A stretch of 64,000 nucleotides of DNA, taken from positions 512,410 to 576,409 of the forward strand of contig JBMORP010000006.1 of NCBI GenBank assembly GCA_049322655.1, read 5' to 3'. Below, piece after piece: positions 38,196-46,379 of the stretch. The notes beneath the pieces are model-generated. The model ran no database searches and had not been told where the DNA came from. It saw only the letters and a program-made list of their open reading frames with translations. The position numbers were made by a program, and so were the translations under genes. Every line of letters begins with the position of its first letter. Position 1 is the first letter of the stretch. Origin of the DNA: Patescibacteria group bacterium (GTDB lineage: Bacteria; Patescibacteriota; Microgenomatia; UBA1400; PJMF01).

Positions 38196-38966
38196 ATGAT
38201 AAATACTATTTCTAACCCTAACACCAGTAGTAACACTTCTTTTCCGATGGGAAATATCCCTTCTGATCCAGTAGCTAATATTCCTAGTGCTGAAGAAAAA
38301 GTTGAAAAAAAATTTTCTAAAGACCAAAAAAAGAAAATGCCTTCCAAATATATTCTGGCAGGAATTTTGCTATTAATCTTAACCATTGGTGGTGGAATTA
38401 GCATGTACTTAATAAATAGAAGCCAAGATTTAAGGCAACAAGCCGATGTTGGCGATTATACGAGGCCTCCTGCTGGTGGCGACTGTTCTGGTTCATCAGC
38501 AGCTCAATGTCAAGGTAAGAACCCTGGAGATAGTTGTGGAGGAGATGGTACTTGTCGAGACTTACCTAATCAAATAGGTAATGATGGAAAAGTAAAGTGT
38601 ACTTGTGACACTGGCTCTACCAATCCTACAACAGTACCAACCACAGCACCAACAATTGAGCCGACCACTGCCCCAACTGGCGAACCAACAACCAGCCCAA
38701 CAGAGGAGCCAACGGGGGAACCAACAGCAGAACCGACAAATTCTGATGATAGTGGCAACGATGATGATAGCGATAGTAGTTCAGAAAGTTACTCAGAGAG
38801 TAATAGTTCCGCCACAGTTAACATCAGTACCAATACTACTACAACTACTAGCCAACCAAACCTGCCTTCACAACTACCTCAATCTGGTCCTGAAGACTGG
38901 TTGAAATACTTACAAATTGGACTAGGAGCACTCGGAGCTGGAGCTCTTCTGCTACTTTTCCTCTAG
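38196..38966 (+). CDS. Cys-rich, Pro/Thr- and Ser-rich cell-surface protein, paralog 1 (N-terminal signal-anchor plus C-terminal LPQSGPEDW-hydrophobic tail)
   Basis: N-terminal TM followed by SQDLRQQADVGDY. A module with 9 Cys. A (TAPT/EPT)n linker. A D/S-rich region. C-terminus LPSQLPQSGPEDWLKYLQIGLGALGAGALLLLFL. Confidence 0.7.
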   Translation: MINTISNPNTSSNTSFPMGNIPSDPVANIPSAEEKVEKKFSKDQKKKMPSKYILAGILLLILTIGGGISMYLINRSQDLRQQADVGDYTRPPAGGDCSGSSAAQCQGKNPGDSCGGDGTCRDLPNQIGNDGKVKCTCDTGSTNPTTVPTTAPTIEPTTAPTGEPTTSPTEEPTGEPTAEPTNSDDSGNDDDSDSSSESYSESNSSATVNISTNTTTTTSQPNLPSQLPQSGPEDWLKYLQIGLGALGAGALLLLFL

Positions 38967-38983
38967 AAAATTAAAAATAAATT

Positions 38984-39017
38984 AAAGGCCTGTTCTTGAA
39001 AACAGGCCTTTTTTTAT
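38984..39017 (+). terminator. rho-independent terminator
   Basis: aaaggcctgtt-cttgaa-aacaggcc followed by ttttttt, 18 nt after the stop codon. Confidence 0.8.
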
Positions 39018-39085
39018 TGAACATATATCCTAATTGACTGACCCCTCAAAAAAGTTATATCCTTATTAAGGAATGATTTAAGTTT

Positions 39086-40069
39086 ATGGAATCAGGAAAT
39101 CCAAATAACACCGAATTAACTCAACAAACACATACTTCTGCTGATAACAAAGAAGTTAAGTTTGCTCAAAGTCCAAAGTCAAACAAAAAAATTGTTTTGG
39201 GCTTGATTTCTTTGTTGTTTTTGGTGATTGGTGGTGGGATTGGGCTTTACTTAACAGAAGTCAGTCAGGATTTACGACAACAAGCCGATACTGGTGACTA
39301 CAGCAATTATGAATGTAACTTGAATGATCCAAATGCTTGTGGAGGAAATCCAGAACAATGTCACTGTACTGGCGGTGACGCCTGTACTGGTACAGAATGT
39401 GATGATTCTATTCAAACCTCCTGTGAACTACAAGGTAGAGCTTACTGTACAAATTGGCAGGGTCAAGGAACAACTTGTTGTGTCCCGGGATATGTTTGCT
39501 GTCCTAACTCAGATGGTTGTTGCGCTGGTGGAGGACCAACTAACCCTCCCCCTCCGACTGAACCTCCAACAACTATTACCCCAACTAGAACTCCCACTCC
39601 AAGTCCTACCGTAACAATTACTCCCACACCGACCCTTACTGCAACTCCAACACCTACCACAACTATCACTCCAACTCCGACTACTCCAGTTGGACCTCAG
39701 TGTTTGGATATTAAAATGTACAGCATGACCAATGGACAAAGTGATATTGTTAACCTGACAAATAATGATGATGCAAATTTAGTACCTGGAGAAAGTATTG
39801 TTAGATTAGTTTGTAGTAGTACAGATGGTCCTACTTTACCAGCAGGCTACTTCTATGCCTTTAGAATTTATGAGCCATGTGGCAGTGGCAACCACTACGA
39901 ACCTCTAGAATTTGTTAATAATGAAGGAGAAAATGGTATCAACTATACCATTGGTTTCTCTGGAGACTATATGGCTCAATGTGCAATTTGTGAGGTTGAT
40001 GCTGCAGGAGACACGGTTTGTGGTTGGGAAAGTTTAACACCAACAGCCTGTGACAGTGATTTAGACTAA
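39086..40069 (+). CDS. Cys-rich Pro/Thr-rich secreted protein, paralog 2 (same N-terminal anchor motif, lacks the C-terminal sorting-like tail)
   Basis: TM then SQDLRQQADTGDY. About 30 Cys in repeated CxxC/CC arrangements. A (TPTP)n linker. C-terminal domain of about 130 aa ending CDSDLD. Confidence 0.7.
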   Translation: MESGNPNNTELTQQTHTSADNKEVKFAQSPKSNKKIVLGLISLLFLVIGGGIGLYLTEVSQDLRQQADTGDYSNYECNLNDPNACGGNPEQCHCTGGDACTGTECDDSIQTSCELQGRAYCTNWQGQGTTCCVPGYVCCPNSDGCCAGGGPTNPPPPTEPPTTITPTRTPTPSPTVTITPTPTLTATPTPTTTITPTPTTPVGPQCLDIKMYSMTNGQSDIVNLTNNDDANLVPGESIVRLVCSSTDGPTLPAGYFYAFRIYEPCGSGNHYEPLEFVNNEGENGINYTIGFSGDYMAQCAICEVDAAGDTVCGWESLTPTACDSDLD

Positions 40070-40070
40070 A

Positions 40071-40829
40071 ATGATAGACACTAACAATAACACACCAGTT
40101 CAAAATGAGTTGCCACAGAACAAAGTGGTTGCTGGTATTCCTAGTTTTACAAAAAAAGAAGAAAACCAACCAAAAAGAAGTATTAAAAATACTGTTTTAC
40201 TTGTTCTTGGTTTATTAGCTTTTTTTGTTACTGGTGTGGCTGGAGTAATGATTGCTCAAAAACAATTCTTAGATGATTCTATTACCGCTCCCAATGCTCC
40301 ATCATCTCAACCAGCTGCCTACATTAGCCAAGAAAGTTGTCATATTTCATTTACTGTACCAGGCCAAGAGGTTACCCCTACTCCAACCCCAGAACCAGCT
40401 GAATGTGGTTCTACTCCCTGTGAAACTGATAATGATTGTTCAACAGACCTCATCTGTGTAACAGCCGAAGATGGAGAAAACTACTGCTCAATGCCAGAAT
40501 ATGAAGAAGCCTGTATTAATAACCCCGGAATTAATACTTGTTGTAACGAACCAACCAATACCCCCACTCCGACTCCAACGCCAACCCAAGGAAGCTCCTC
40601 CAGTAGCTCCAGCTCAAGTTCTAGTAGTTCTTCTGTCACCGTAAAGGTTGAAAACAACACCAAAATCTCTGGCAATACTAACACCAGCAAAACTACCACT
40701 ACTACCAAAGGCCAACAACCAGAATATCCTGAAACTTTGCCTCAATCAGGACCTGAAGACTGGTTGAAATACCTCCAAATTGGTTTGGGAGCACTTGGAG
40801 TAGGAGCTTTATTAATCCTCTTCCTCTAA
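40071..40829 (+). CDS. Cys-rich, Pro/Thr- and poly-Ser surface protein, paralog 3 (different N-terminal anchor, conserved C-terminal tail)
   Basis: ECGSTPCETDNDCSTDLICVTAEDGENYCSMPEYEEACINNPGINTCC module, shared with paralog 4. An S16 tract. C-terminus LPQSGPEDWLKYLQIGLGALGVGALLILFL. Confidence 0.7.
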   Translation: MIDTNNNTPVQNELPQNKVVAGIPSFTKKEENQPKRSIKNTVLLVLGLLAFFVTGVAGVMIAQKQFLDDSITAPNAPSSQPAAYISQESCHISFTVPGQEVTPTPTPEPAECGSTPCETDNDCSTDLICVTAEDGENYCSMPEYEEACINNPGINTCCNEPTNTPTPTPTPTQGSSSSSSSSSSSSSSVTVKVENNTKISGNTNTSKTTTTTKGQQPEYPETLPQSGPEDWLKYLQIGLGALGVGALLILFL

Positions 40830-41012
40830 TGATTGACTAACCTGGCTAAAAAGAGCTATCCTTAATAGGATATAAACATCGATGTCTGATTTTGTAGTTG
40901 AAAAAAACCAAGCAAATACCCAAGCAAACCCTTCAGAAAAAAAGAGGGTTTTTCTAGTTTCAAAAATAAAAAATCAAACAATCTAAATAATAAAAAGAAA
41001 ACAAAATTAATT

Positions 41013-41984
41013 TTGGGTTTTCTGTCATTGTTGCTATTGATTCTTGGTGGGACTATTGGTCTTTACATGACGAAGATAAGCCAAGATTTAAGGCAGCAAG
41101 CAGATGTTGGTGACTATACTGGCACTGGTGACGTTTGTACCGCCAGTGGTGGTCAATGGGTAGGAAACTTATGTTGGATGGGAGGAACAGCTACTTGTGC
41201 TGGGCCAGGACAAGGCGGTGGAGATCCATGTGCTGCTAATGGTGGAATTTGTTCTGGAACTAATGTAATTAGATGCCAATGTGGTAACGCTTGGGTCGCT
41301 GGTAAAGCTGGTTCAAGTTGTAGTGATTTATGTGGTGAGGCAAACCTTAACTGTGATGATGATTGTACCCCTACCAATCCACCAAATAATCCTACTAACC
41401 CACCACCAAATCCAACCAATACTCCAACCCCAAGACCAACTAGAACACCCACCCCTACGCCCAGTGCTCCACCTAGTCCAACGCCAACTTTACCTCCCAA
41501 TGTAACCCCAACCATTACTCCAACCATAGTGCCAACTATTATTCCTGGTTGTGGCTTTGGTCCATGTACGGATAATAGTGGTTGTGATGATGACCTAATC
41601 TGTGTAACGGCTGATAATGGCAATAGTTACTGTTCACTCCCAGAATATGAAAATGCTTGTATTTCTGAACCAGGCGTTGAAGCTTGTTGTACAGCTCCGA
41701 CTGTCACTCCAACCACCCCACCTAACGAACCAACCTCAACTCCCACTGCCACTCCAACCCAAACAAGTAGCAGTAGTAGTTCTTCATCTAGCTCTAGCAG
41801 TAGCACTGCATTGGTCAACATTACTAATAACACCACTACTTCAACAGCTACCAATAGATATGTCCAAACAACACCTACTTTGCCTCCAGAATTACCAAAA
41901 AGTGGCCCAGAAGATTGGTTGCAATACTTACAAATTGGTTTAGGCGCTCTTGGAGTTGGTGTACTATTGTTACTATTCTTATAA
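41013..41984 (+). CDS. Cys-rich, Pro/Thr- and poly-Ser surface protein, paralog 4. The ORF as called starts at a TTG; the probable true start is ATG 40882 in another frame (a -1 frameshift is needed at A_AAA_AAG, 40936-40946).
   Basis: TM then SQDLRQQADVGDY. Shares the Cys module with paralog 3. C-terminus LPPELPKSGPEDWLQYLQIGLGALGVGVLLLLFL. The upstream frame encodes MSDFVVEKNQANTQANPSEKK, which resembles the paralog N-termini. Confidence 0.65.
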   Translation: MGFLSLLLLILGGTIGLYMTKISQDLRQQADVGDYTGTGDVCTASGGQWVGNLCWMGGTATCAGPGQGGGDPCAANGGICSGTNVIRCQCGNAWVAGKAGSSCSDLCGEANLNCDDDCTPTNPPNNPTNPPPNPTNTPTPRPTRTPTPTPSAPPSPTPTLPPNVTPTITPTIVPTIIPGCGFGPCTDNSGCDDDLICVTADNGNSYCSLPEYENACISEPGVEACCTAPTVTPTTPPNEPTSTPTATPTQTSSSSSSSSSSSSSTALVNITNNTTTSTATNRYVQTTPTLPPELPKSGPEDWLQYLQIGLGALGVGVLLLLFL

Positions 41985-42123
41985 GAATAATAAAACAAAA
42001 TTTCATAACAAACCCCTTTTCCCCAAGGGAAAGTGTCTCAGGTTAACCTGACTACAAAAGAACTAATCAAACTACCTACCTGGTTCTTAGTTTTTTGTTT
42101 TATAATTACCTCCTAGAGAAAAA

Positions 42124-42196
42124 GCGTGCGTAGCTCAATTGGCAGAGCGCCAAGCTTATACCTTGGTGGTTCTAGGTTCAAGTCCTAGCGCACGCA
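42124..42196 (+). tRNA. tRNA-Ile (anticodon TAT)
   Basis: GCGTGCGTAGCTCAATTGGCAGAGCGCCAAGCTTATACCTTGGTGGTTCTAGGTTCAAGTCCTAGCGCACGCA folds as a cloverleaf. The anticodon stem is CCAAG/CTTGG with loop CTTATAC, giving anticodon TAT. T-loop TTCAAGT. Discriminator A. No CCA encoded. Confidence 0.75.
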
Positions 42197-42216
42197 CTAA
42201 AATAGTAAGAAAAGCT

Positions 42217-43266
42217 ATGAAAAAAAATCTTAAAAATATTATTCAAAAATTTAAAACAATTTGGCAAACCAAAAAATGGCTAGTGATCACTTCTCTGATT
42301 GTTTTGCTGGTAGCAGGCAATAAACTTTACCAAAATAAAAAAAACCAACCAAACTTAACTTTTGCTTATCCAACCAAAGAGACTATTACTAAAACCCTAG
42401 ATGTATCTGGAGTTATTGATGCTAAAGAAAAAGTTAGCTTACGCTTTGCTGCTGGGGGCAAAGTCGTTTATCTGGGAGCACAAGAGGGAGATGCTATTAA
42501 AAAATGGCAAACTATTGCCACGATTGATCAAAACACTGCTTTAAAAACTAAAGAAAAATACCTCAATAGTTACTCCAAAGAACGATTAGATTGGGATCAA
42601 AGACAAACTGATATTGGTGATGGCACTACTGTTGATGAAACTTTGCAAAGAACAATTGATAAAGAACAATATGACTTGAATAACTCTGTCTTGGATGTTG
42701 AATTAGCAGCAATTTCTATTACTAACAACACCATAACCGCTCCTTTTAGTGGGATTTTGGTTAAAAGTCCAACTCCTGTAACTGGAGTACAATTACTGGC
42801 CACAGATACTTTTGACTTAGTTAACCCAGAAACTTTAATTTTTAGAGCTTTGGTTGATGAAGCTGATATTGCCTTAGTTTCTAAAAACCAAACAGCTGAA
42901 ATTCAGCTCGATGCTTATCCAGATGATGAAAAACTCACCAGTTCAGTAAGTTACATTTCTTACCAAAGTGTGCCCTCTTCTAATGGAACTTCGTTTGTTG
43001 TTGAATTTCCTATTTCCTCAATTGATCTTAGTAAATATCGATTGGGCATGAACGGTGACGTAGAAATAAAACTAGAAACAAAGGAAAATGTCTTAACCAT
43101 TCCATTAATTGCTATTAAAGAAAGAGATGGCAAGATTTTTGTGGAAGTTAAAACGGGTACCGCCACTACAGAAGAAAAAGAAATTGAGATTGGATTAGAA
43201 ACAGATGAAAAAGTTGAAGTGCTTAGTGGTTTAACTGAAACAGATGAAATTGTTATTCCAGAATAA
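42217..43266 (+). CDS. efflux transporter periplasmic adaptor subunit (HlyD/MacA-like membrane fusion protein)
   Basis: N-terminal TM, then coiled-coil and beta-barrel regions. Immediately upstream of a MacB-type ATPase and permease. The ORF-track start at 42139 runs into the tRNA and is rejected. Confidence 0.7.
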   Translation: MKKNLKNIIQKFKTIWQTKKWLVITSLIVLLVAGNKLYQNKKNQPNLTFAYPTKETITKTLDVSGVIDAKEKVSLRFAAGGKVVYLGAQEGDAIKKWQTIATIDQNTALKTKEKYLNSYSKERLDWDQRQTDIGDGTTVDETLQRTIDKEQYDLNNSVLDVELAAISITNNTITAPFSGILVKSPTPVTGVQLLATDTFDLVNPETLIFRALVDEADIALVSKNQTAEIQLDAYPDDEKLTSSVSYISYQSVPSSNGTSFVVEFPISSIDLSKYRLGMNGDVEIKLETKENVLTIPLIAIKERDGKIFVEVKTGTATTEEKEIEIGLETDEKVEVLSGLTETDEIVIPE

Positions 43267-43271
43267 ATTAA

Positions 43272-43964
43272 ATGTCTAAGAAAATAGTTGCTAAACCAGT
43301 TGTTCTAGAACTCAAAGATGTTGTTAAGGAATATACTTTGGGTACACAAAAAATTAAAGCCCTTGATGGTGTTTCCTTGAAAGTAAAGGCAGGAGATTTT
43401 TTATCGGTCATGGGACCATCTGGATCGGGAAAATCTACTTTTTTACAAGTTGCTAGTATTCTAGCCTCTCCAACAACTGGAAAAATCTTTATTAATGGCA
43501 AAGATACAACTACATACAATGAAAATGAGCGAGCTCATCTTAGAAATAAAGAGATTGGTTTTGTTTTTCAAAACTTCAACTTACTAGCCAAAACATCTGC
43601 TTTAGAAAATGTGGCTTTACCTCTTGTTTATGCTGGAATCGAAGAAAAAACTCGGTTAGAAATAGCCAAAAATATGTTAGAGAAACTTGGCTTAGGTGAC
43701 AGATTAAATAATACTCCGGCTCAACTTTCTGGAGGCCAACAACAAAGGGTAGCTATTGCCAGAGCCCTAATTAATAACCCTTCAATTATCTTTGCTGACG
43801 AGCCAACCGGCAACTTAGATTCAAAATCGGGCAAAGAGGTGGAAAAAATTCTCAAAGAACTAAATCAAGAAGGCAAAACCATCATCATGGTCACCCACGA
43901 ACATGATGTTGCCAAGATTGCCAGATCAAGTATCGAGATTCATGATGGGAAAATCAAGAAATGA
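43272..43964 (+). CDS. ABC transporter ATP-binding protein (MacB/LolD-type)
   Basis: Walker [10 protein letters not shown], signature [15 protein letters not shown], Walker [13 protein letters not shown]. Confidence 0.9.
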   Translation: MSKKIVAKPVVLELKDVVKEYTLGTQKIKALDGVSLKVKAGDFLSVMGPSGSGKSTFLQVASILASPTTGKIFINGKDTTTYNENERAHLRNKEIGFVFQNFNLLAKTSALENVALPLVYAGIEEKTRLEIAKNMLEKLGLGDRLNNTPAQLSGGQQQRVAIARALINNPSIIFADEPTGNLDSKSGKEVEKILKELNQEGKTIIMVTHEHDVAKIARSSIEIHDGKIKK

Positions 43965-45169
43965 AGTTAAAAAATACCTTCTTAGTGGCTCTCAAAGCTA
44001 TCATGGTCAATAAGGGTAGATCTTTTTTAACCATGCTCGGAGTAATTATTGGTGTTTCGTCAGTAGTTTTATTAACTTCAATTGGAACTGGCTTACAAGC
44101 TTTTGTAACTGAACAGTTTGAAGAACTAGGTTCCAATAACATTATTGTCCTACCAGGAGATATTCTAGGAGAAGGTGGTGGTTTTAACCGAGAAGCTCAA
44201 CAAAATGCTCTCATTAATAACAAACTAAAACTAAGTGATGTTAAAGATATTGAAAGCCTAAGAGAATATGTTGAGTTTGCTCTACCAATGAGTACTCAAT
44301 CAGATACTGCTGCTTTTAGAGATGAAACAAAAAATGCCTCAGTAATCGGCACTTATTATCAATTCGAAGAATTCATTTCTGGAGTTGAAAAAGGCCGATT
44401 TTTCAACAAAACTGAAGACCAAGGAGCCGAAAGAGTTGCTGTCCTTGGCTGGGAAATAGCTGATCAATTATTTGGTCAAATTGATCCAATTGGTAAAAAA
44501 TTTAAACTAGGCACTCAAACTTTTAAAGTTGTTGGTGTGGCAGAAAAGCAGGGAGGTGGTTTTGGTGGACCTTCTTTTGATACTTATATCTATATTCCTC
44601 TAGAAACAGCCTCTAGAATTTATGACTCGGATAAAATTGTTGAAATCATGGTAAAAGCCAAAGATAAAGATAAGATGCAGGAAAGTATTACTGCTATAGA
44701 AGAAACTCTAAGCAAAAGGCTAAAAGATGATGAATTCAGTGTCATTGACCAAACAGAGATCTTGAACACTATCAACACTATTCTCGGGGTTTTAACTGCC
44801 GGACTTGGTGGAATCGCGGCAATCTCGCTAGTAGTTGGAGGCATTGGCATTATGAACATCATGCTGGTCTCAGTTACTGAAAGAACTAGAGAAATTGGTC
44901 TGAGAAAAGCTCTAGGAGCCACTCCCAACCAAATTTTATTTCAATTTTTGATTGAGTCAGCCCTCCTCTCTATCATGGGTGGATTAATTGGCTTAGCAAT
45001 TGCTTACTTAGGTTCATTGGGCCTACAAGCATTTTTCCCGGCTAAAGTAACCATGGAGGCAATTATGTTGGCTTTTGGGGTCTCTGCTGCTGTAGGCATC
45101 ATTTTTGGTGTTGCTCCAGCCAAAAGAGCTGCTAACCTCTCTCCAATTGAAGCCCTGAGATATGAGTAA
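43961..45169 (+). CDS. ABC transporter permease (FtsX/MacB-like, 4 TM with a large extracytoplasmic domain)
   Basis: N-terminal TM, a periplasmic domain of about 220 aa, then a C-terminal FtsX-like 3-TM bundle (LVVGGIGIMNIMLVSVTERTREIGLRKALGA). Confidence 0.85.
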   Translation: MKLKNTFLVALKAIMVNKGRSFLTMLGVIIGVSSVVLLTSIGTGLQAFVTEQFEELGSNNIIVLPGDILGEGGGFNREAQQNALINNKLKLSDVKDIESLREYVEFALPMSTQSDTAAFRDETKNASVIGTYYQFEEFISGVEKGRFFNKTEDQGAERVAVLGWEIADQLFGQIDPIGKKFKLGTQTFKVVGVAEKQGGGFGGPSFDTYIYIPLETASRIYDSDKIVEIMVKAKDKDKMQESITAIEETLSKRLKDDEFSVIDQTEILNTINTILGVLTAGLGGIAAISLVVGGIGIMNIMLVSVTERTREIGLRKALGATPNQILFQFLIESALLSIMGGLIGLAIAYLGSLGLQAFFPAKVTMEAIMLAFGVSAAVGIIFGVAPAKRAANLSPIEALRYE

Positions 45170-45210
45170 CTTTACTTTTTGTCCAGACTTTGCCAAACTA
45201 GATTGAACTC

Positions 45211-45567
45211 ATGAAAAAAAAACTTATTATTGGTCTAGCCATTTTTTTAATCTTAGCTGGCTATGTCTATGCTAGTTATAACAACCTATTACCAGAAAAC
45301 ATCCCCACTATTCCCAAAGAAAAAATTGAAGAAGTTAAAACAAACACCCCAACTTTTAACTCTGTCCAAGGAGAAACTCAAACTCAATTAGAAATTTTTT
45401 CTGCAAGAGCTAAAGAGCTTGGCTCTTATGCTCAAGAAGCCTTAAAAACAGGTATTCAAGAAGATAATTCTCAGCCAGTTCATGAAAAAGCTATTGAATA
45501 TGGCCAATATATTTATTGCAAACAAATCGTTGAGAGCTACGAGGTTAATCAACCAAACCAAAACTAA
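45211..45567 (+). CDS. small secreted hypothetical protein (signal peptide/TM)
   Basis: N-terminal hydrophobic segment; no recognised family. Confidence 0.4.
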   Translation: MKKKLIIGLAIFLILAGYVYASYNNLLPENIPTIPKEKIEEVKTNTPTFNSVQGETQTQLEIFSARAKELGSYAQEALKTGIQEDNSQPVHEKAIEYGQYIYCKQIVESYEVNQPNQN

Positions 45568-46379
45568 CTAATTTCTGTCCCCAACCAACTTTTCCCAGTA
45601 AAAAAATTGTAGAGATTATCGCTTTTACCAGACATAATATAAGTTTTAAGACCAAATTTGCTGTTTAAAGCCATTGATTCTTCAATCTTCAAATCCATGC
45701 CACCAGTGACATCAACTCCCTGAGTCTCTCTAAGATGTTTTTTTAGTTCAGGCCAAGTTTGTTGATTAATATGACCAACAACTTGTCCTTTATCATCTAA
45801 AAAACCAGAAACCTCAGTAAGATGAATTAATCTCTCTAACCGATAGCCATGTTCCGTTAATTTTTCAGTAAAAAAACTTAAGATTTTCTCGGTCGACCAA
45901 ATCGTACATCCCATCGATTCGTCAAGAATAACATCACCACAAGTAATTGGAAATAAACCTTTTTCCAAATATTTTTCTAGTAACATAAAAAAATCTGCAA
46001 CTGCTTGTTTATTGTTGGTAATCAAAGAGTTGCTCATTAAAAATGAAACTGCAGCGACATCTTGTTCAATAAAAGCTTTCACTATTTCTCTATTCAGTCT
46101 AGCAGCCATATCCTGAACGACAGCCATACCATAGGCACTATCTTCATTAATAAAACCAGCCATGGTTTTATATTTGTGAGCAGGCAAGTGTGCATAACTA
46201 CCTTGTCCATGACCAATAATTAGTTGTTCATCGGGAAATTCAGCTCTTACCAACTTAATTTGTTTAATTAGCTCACTAATTGTCTCTTTTTTTAAAGACA
46301 TAAACTCTGCTTTATTAGTAATTACTGAACCACCAAGTTTAATCAAAGTAATAGGTTTATTTTTGGTAAATTTTTTCAT
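45564..46379 (-). CDS. amino-acid-kinase family protein, probable isopentenyl phosphate kinase
   Basis: ITLIKLGGSVIT N-terminus and IIGHGQGSYAH (IPK HGxGSFGH-like motif). Confidence 0.5.
   Translation of the reverse strand: MKKFTKNKPITLIKLGGSVITNKAEFMSLKKETISELIKQIKLVRAEFPDEQLIIGHGQGSYAHLPAHKYKTMAGFINEDSAYGMAVVQDMAARLNREIVKAFIEQDVAAVSFLMSNSLITNNKQAVADFFMLLEKYLEKGLFPITCGDVILDESMGCTIWSTEKILSFFTEKLTEHGYRLERLIHLTEVSGFLDDKGQVVGHINQQTWPELKKHLRETQGVDVTGGMDLKIEESMALNSKFGLKTYIMSGKSDNLYNFFTGKSWLGTEIS

Noticed and set aside
39324-39739. Antisense and alternate-frame ORFs inside the Pro/Thr-rich linker regions (39324-39614, 39463-39669, 39509-39739, 40481-40708, 41153-41623, 41627-41998 and others)
   Set aside because: These are low-complexity translations of the repetitive ACN/CCN-rich DNA that encodes the TPTP linkers of the surface proteins. 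Alternate frames of such DNA are open by composition alone.
39086-40829. Possibility that 39086-40069 and 40071-40829 are one gene split by a frameshift. The stop and start are 1 nt apart, and only the second has the C-terminal tail.
   Set aside because: The 40071 product has its own complete N-terminal cytoplasmic segment and TM anchor. The 39086 product ends in a distinct Cys-containing domain. They are separate, translationally coupled paralogs.
38196-41984. Search for a sortase (TLxTC), exosortase or rhombosortase gene flanking the surface-protein array
   Set aside because: Nothing in the window has a sortase active-site motif or an exosortase-like polytopic protease signature. The neighbours are a CmcI-like MTase and a MacAB-like exporter. 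Any partner enzyme must lie elsewhere.
42139-42216. ORF-track start of the 375-aa adaptor protein at 42139 (MAERQAYTLVVLGSSPSARTK...)
   Set aside because: This N-terminal extension is the translation of the tRNA-Ile gene body. The real start is the ATG at 42217 (MKKNLKN...), which precedes the TM helix.
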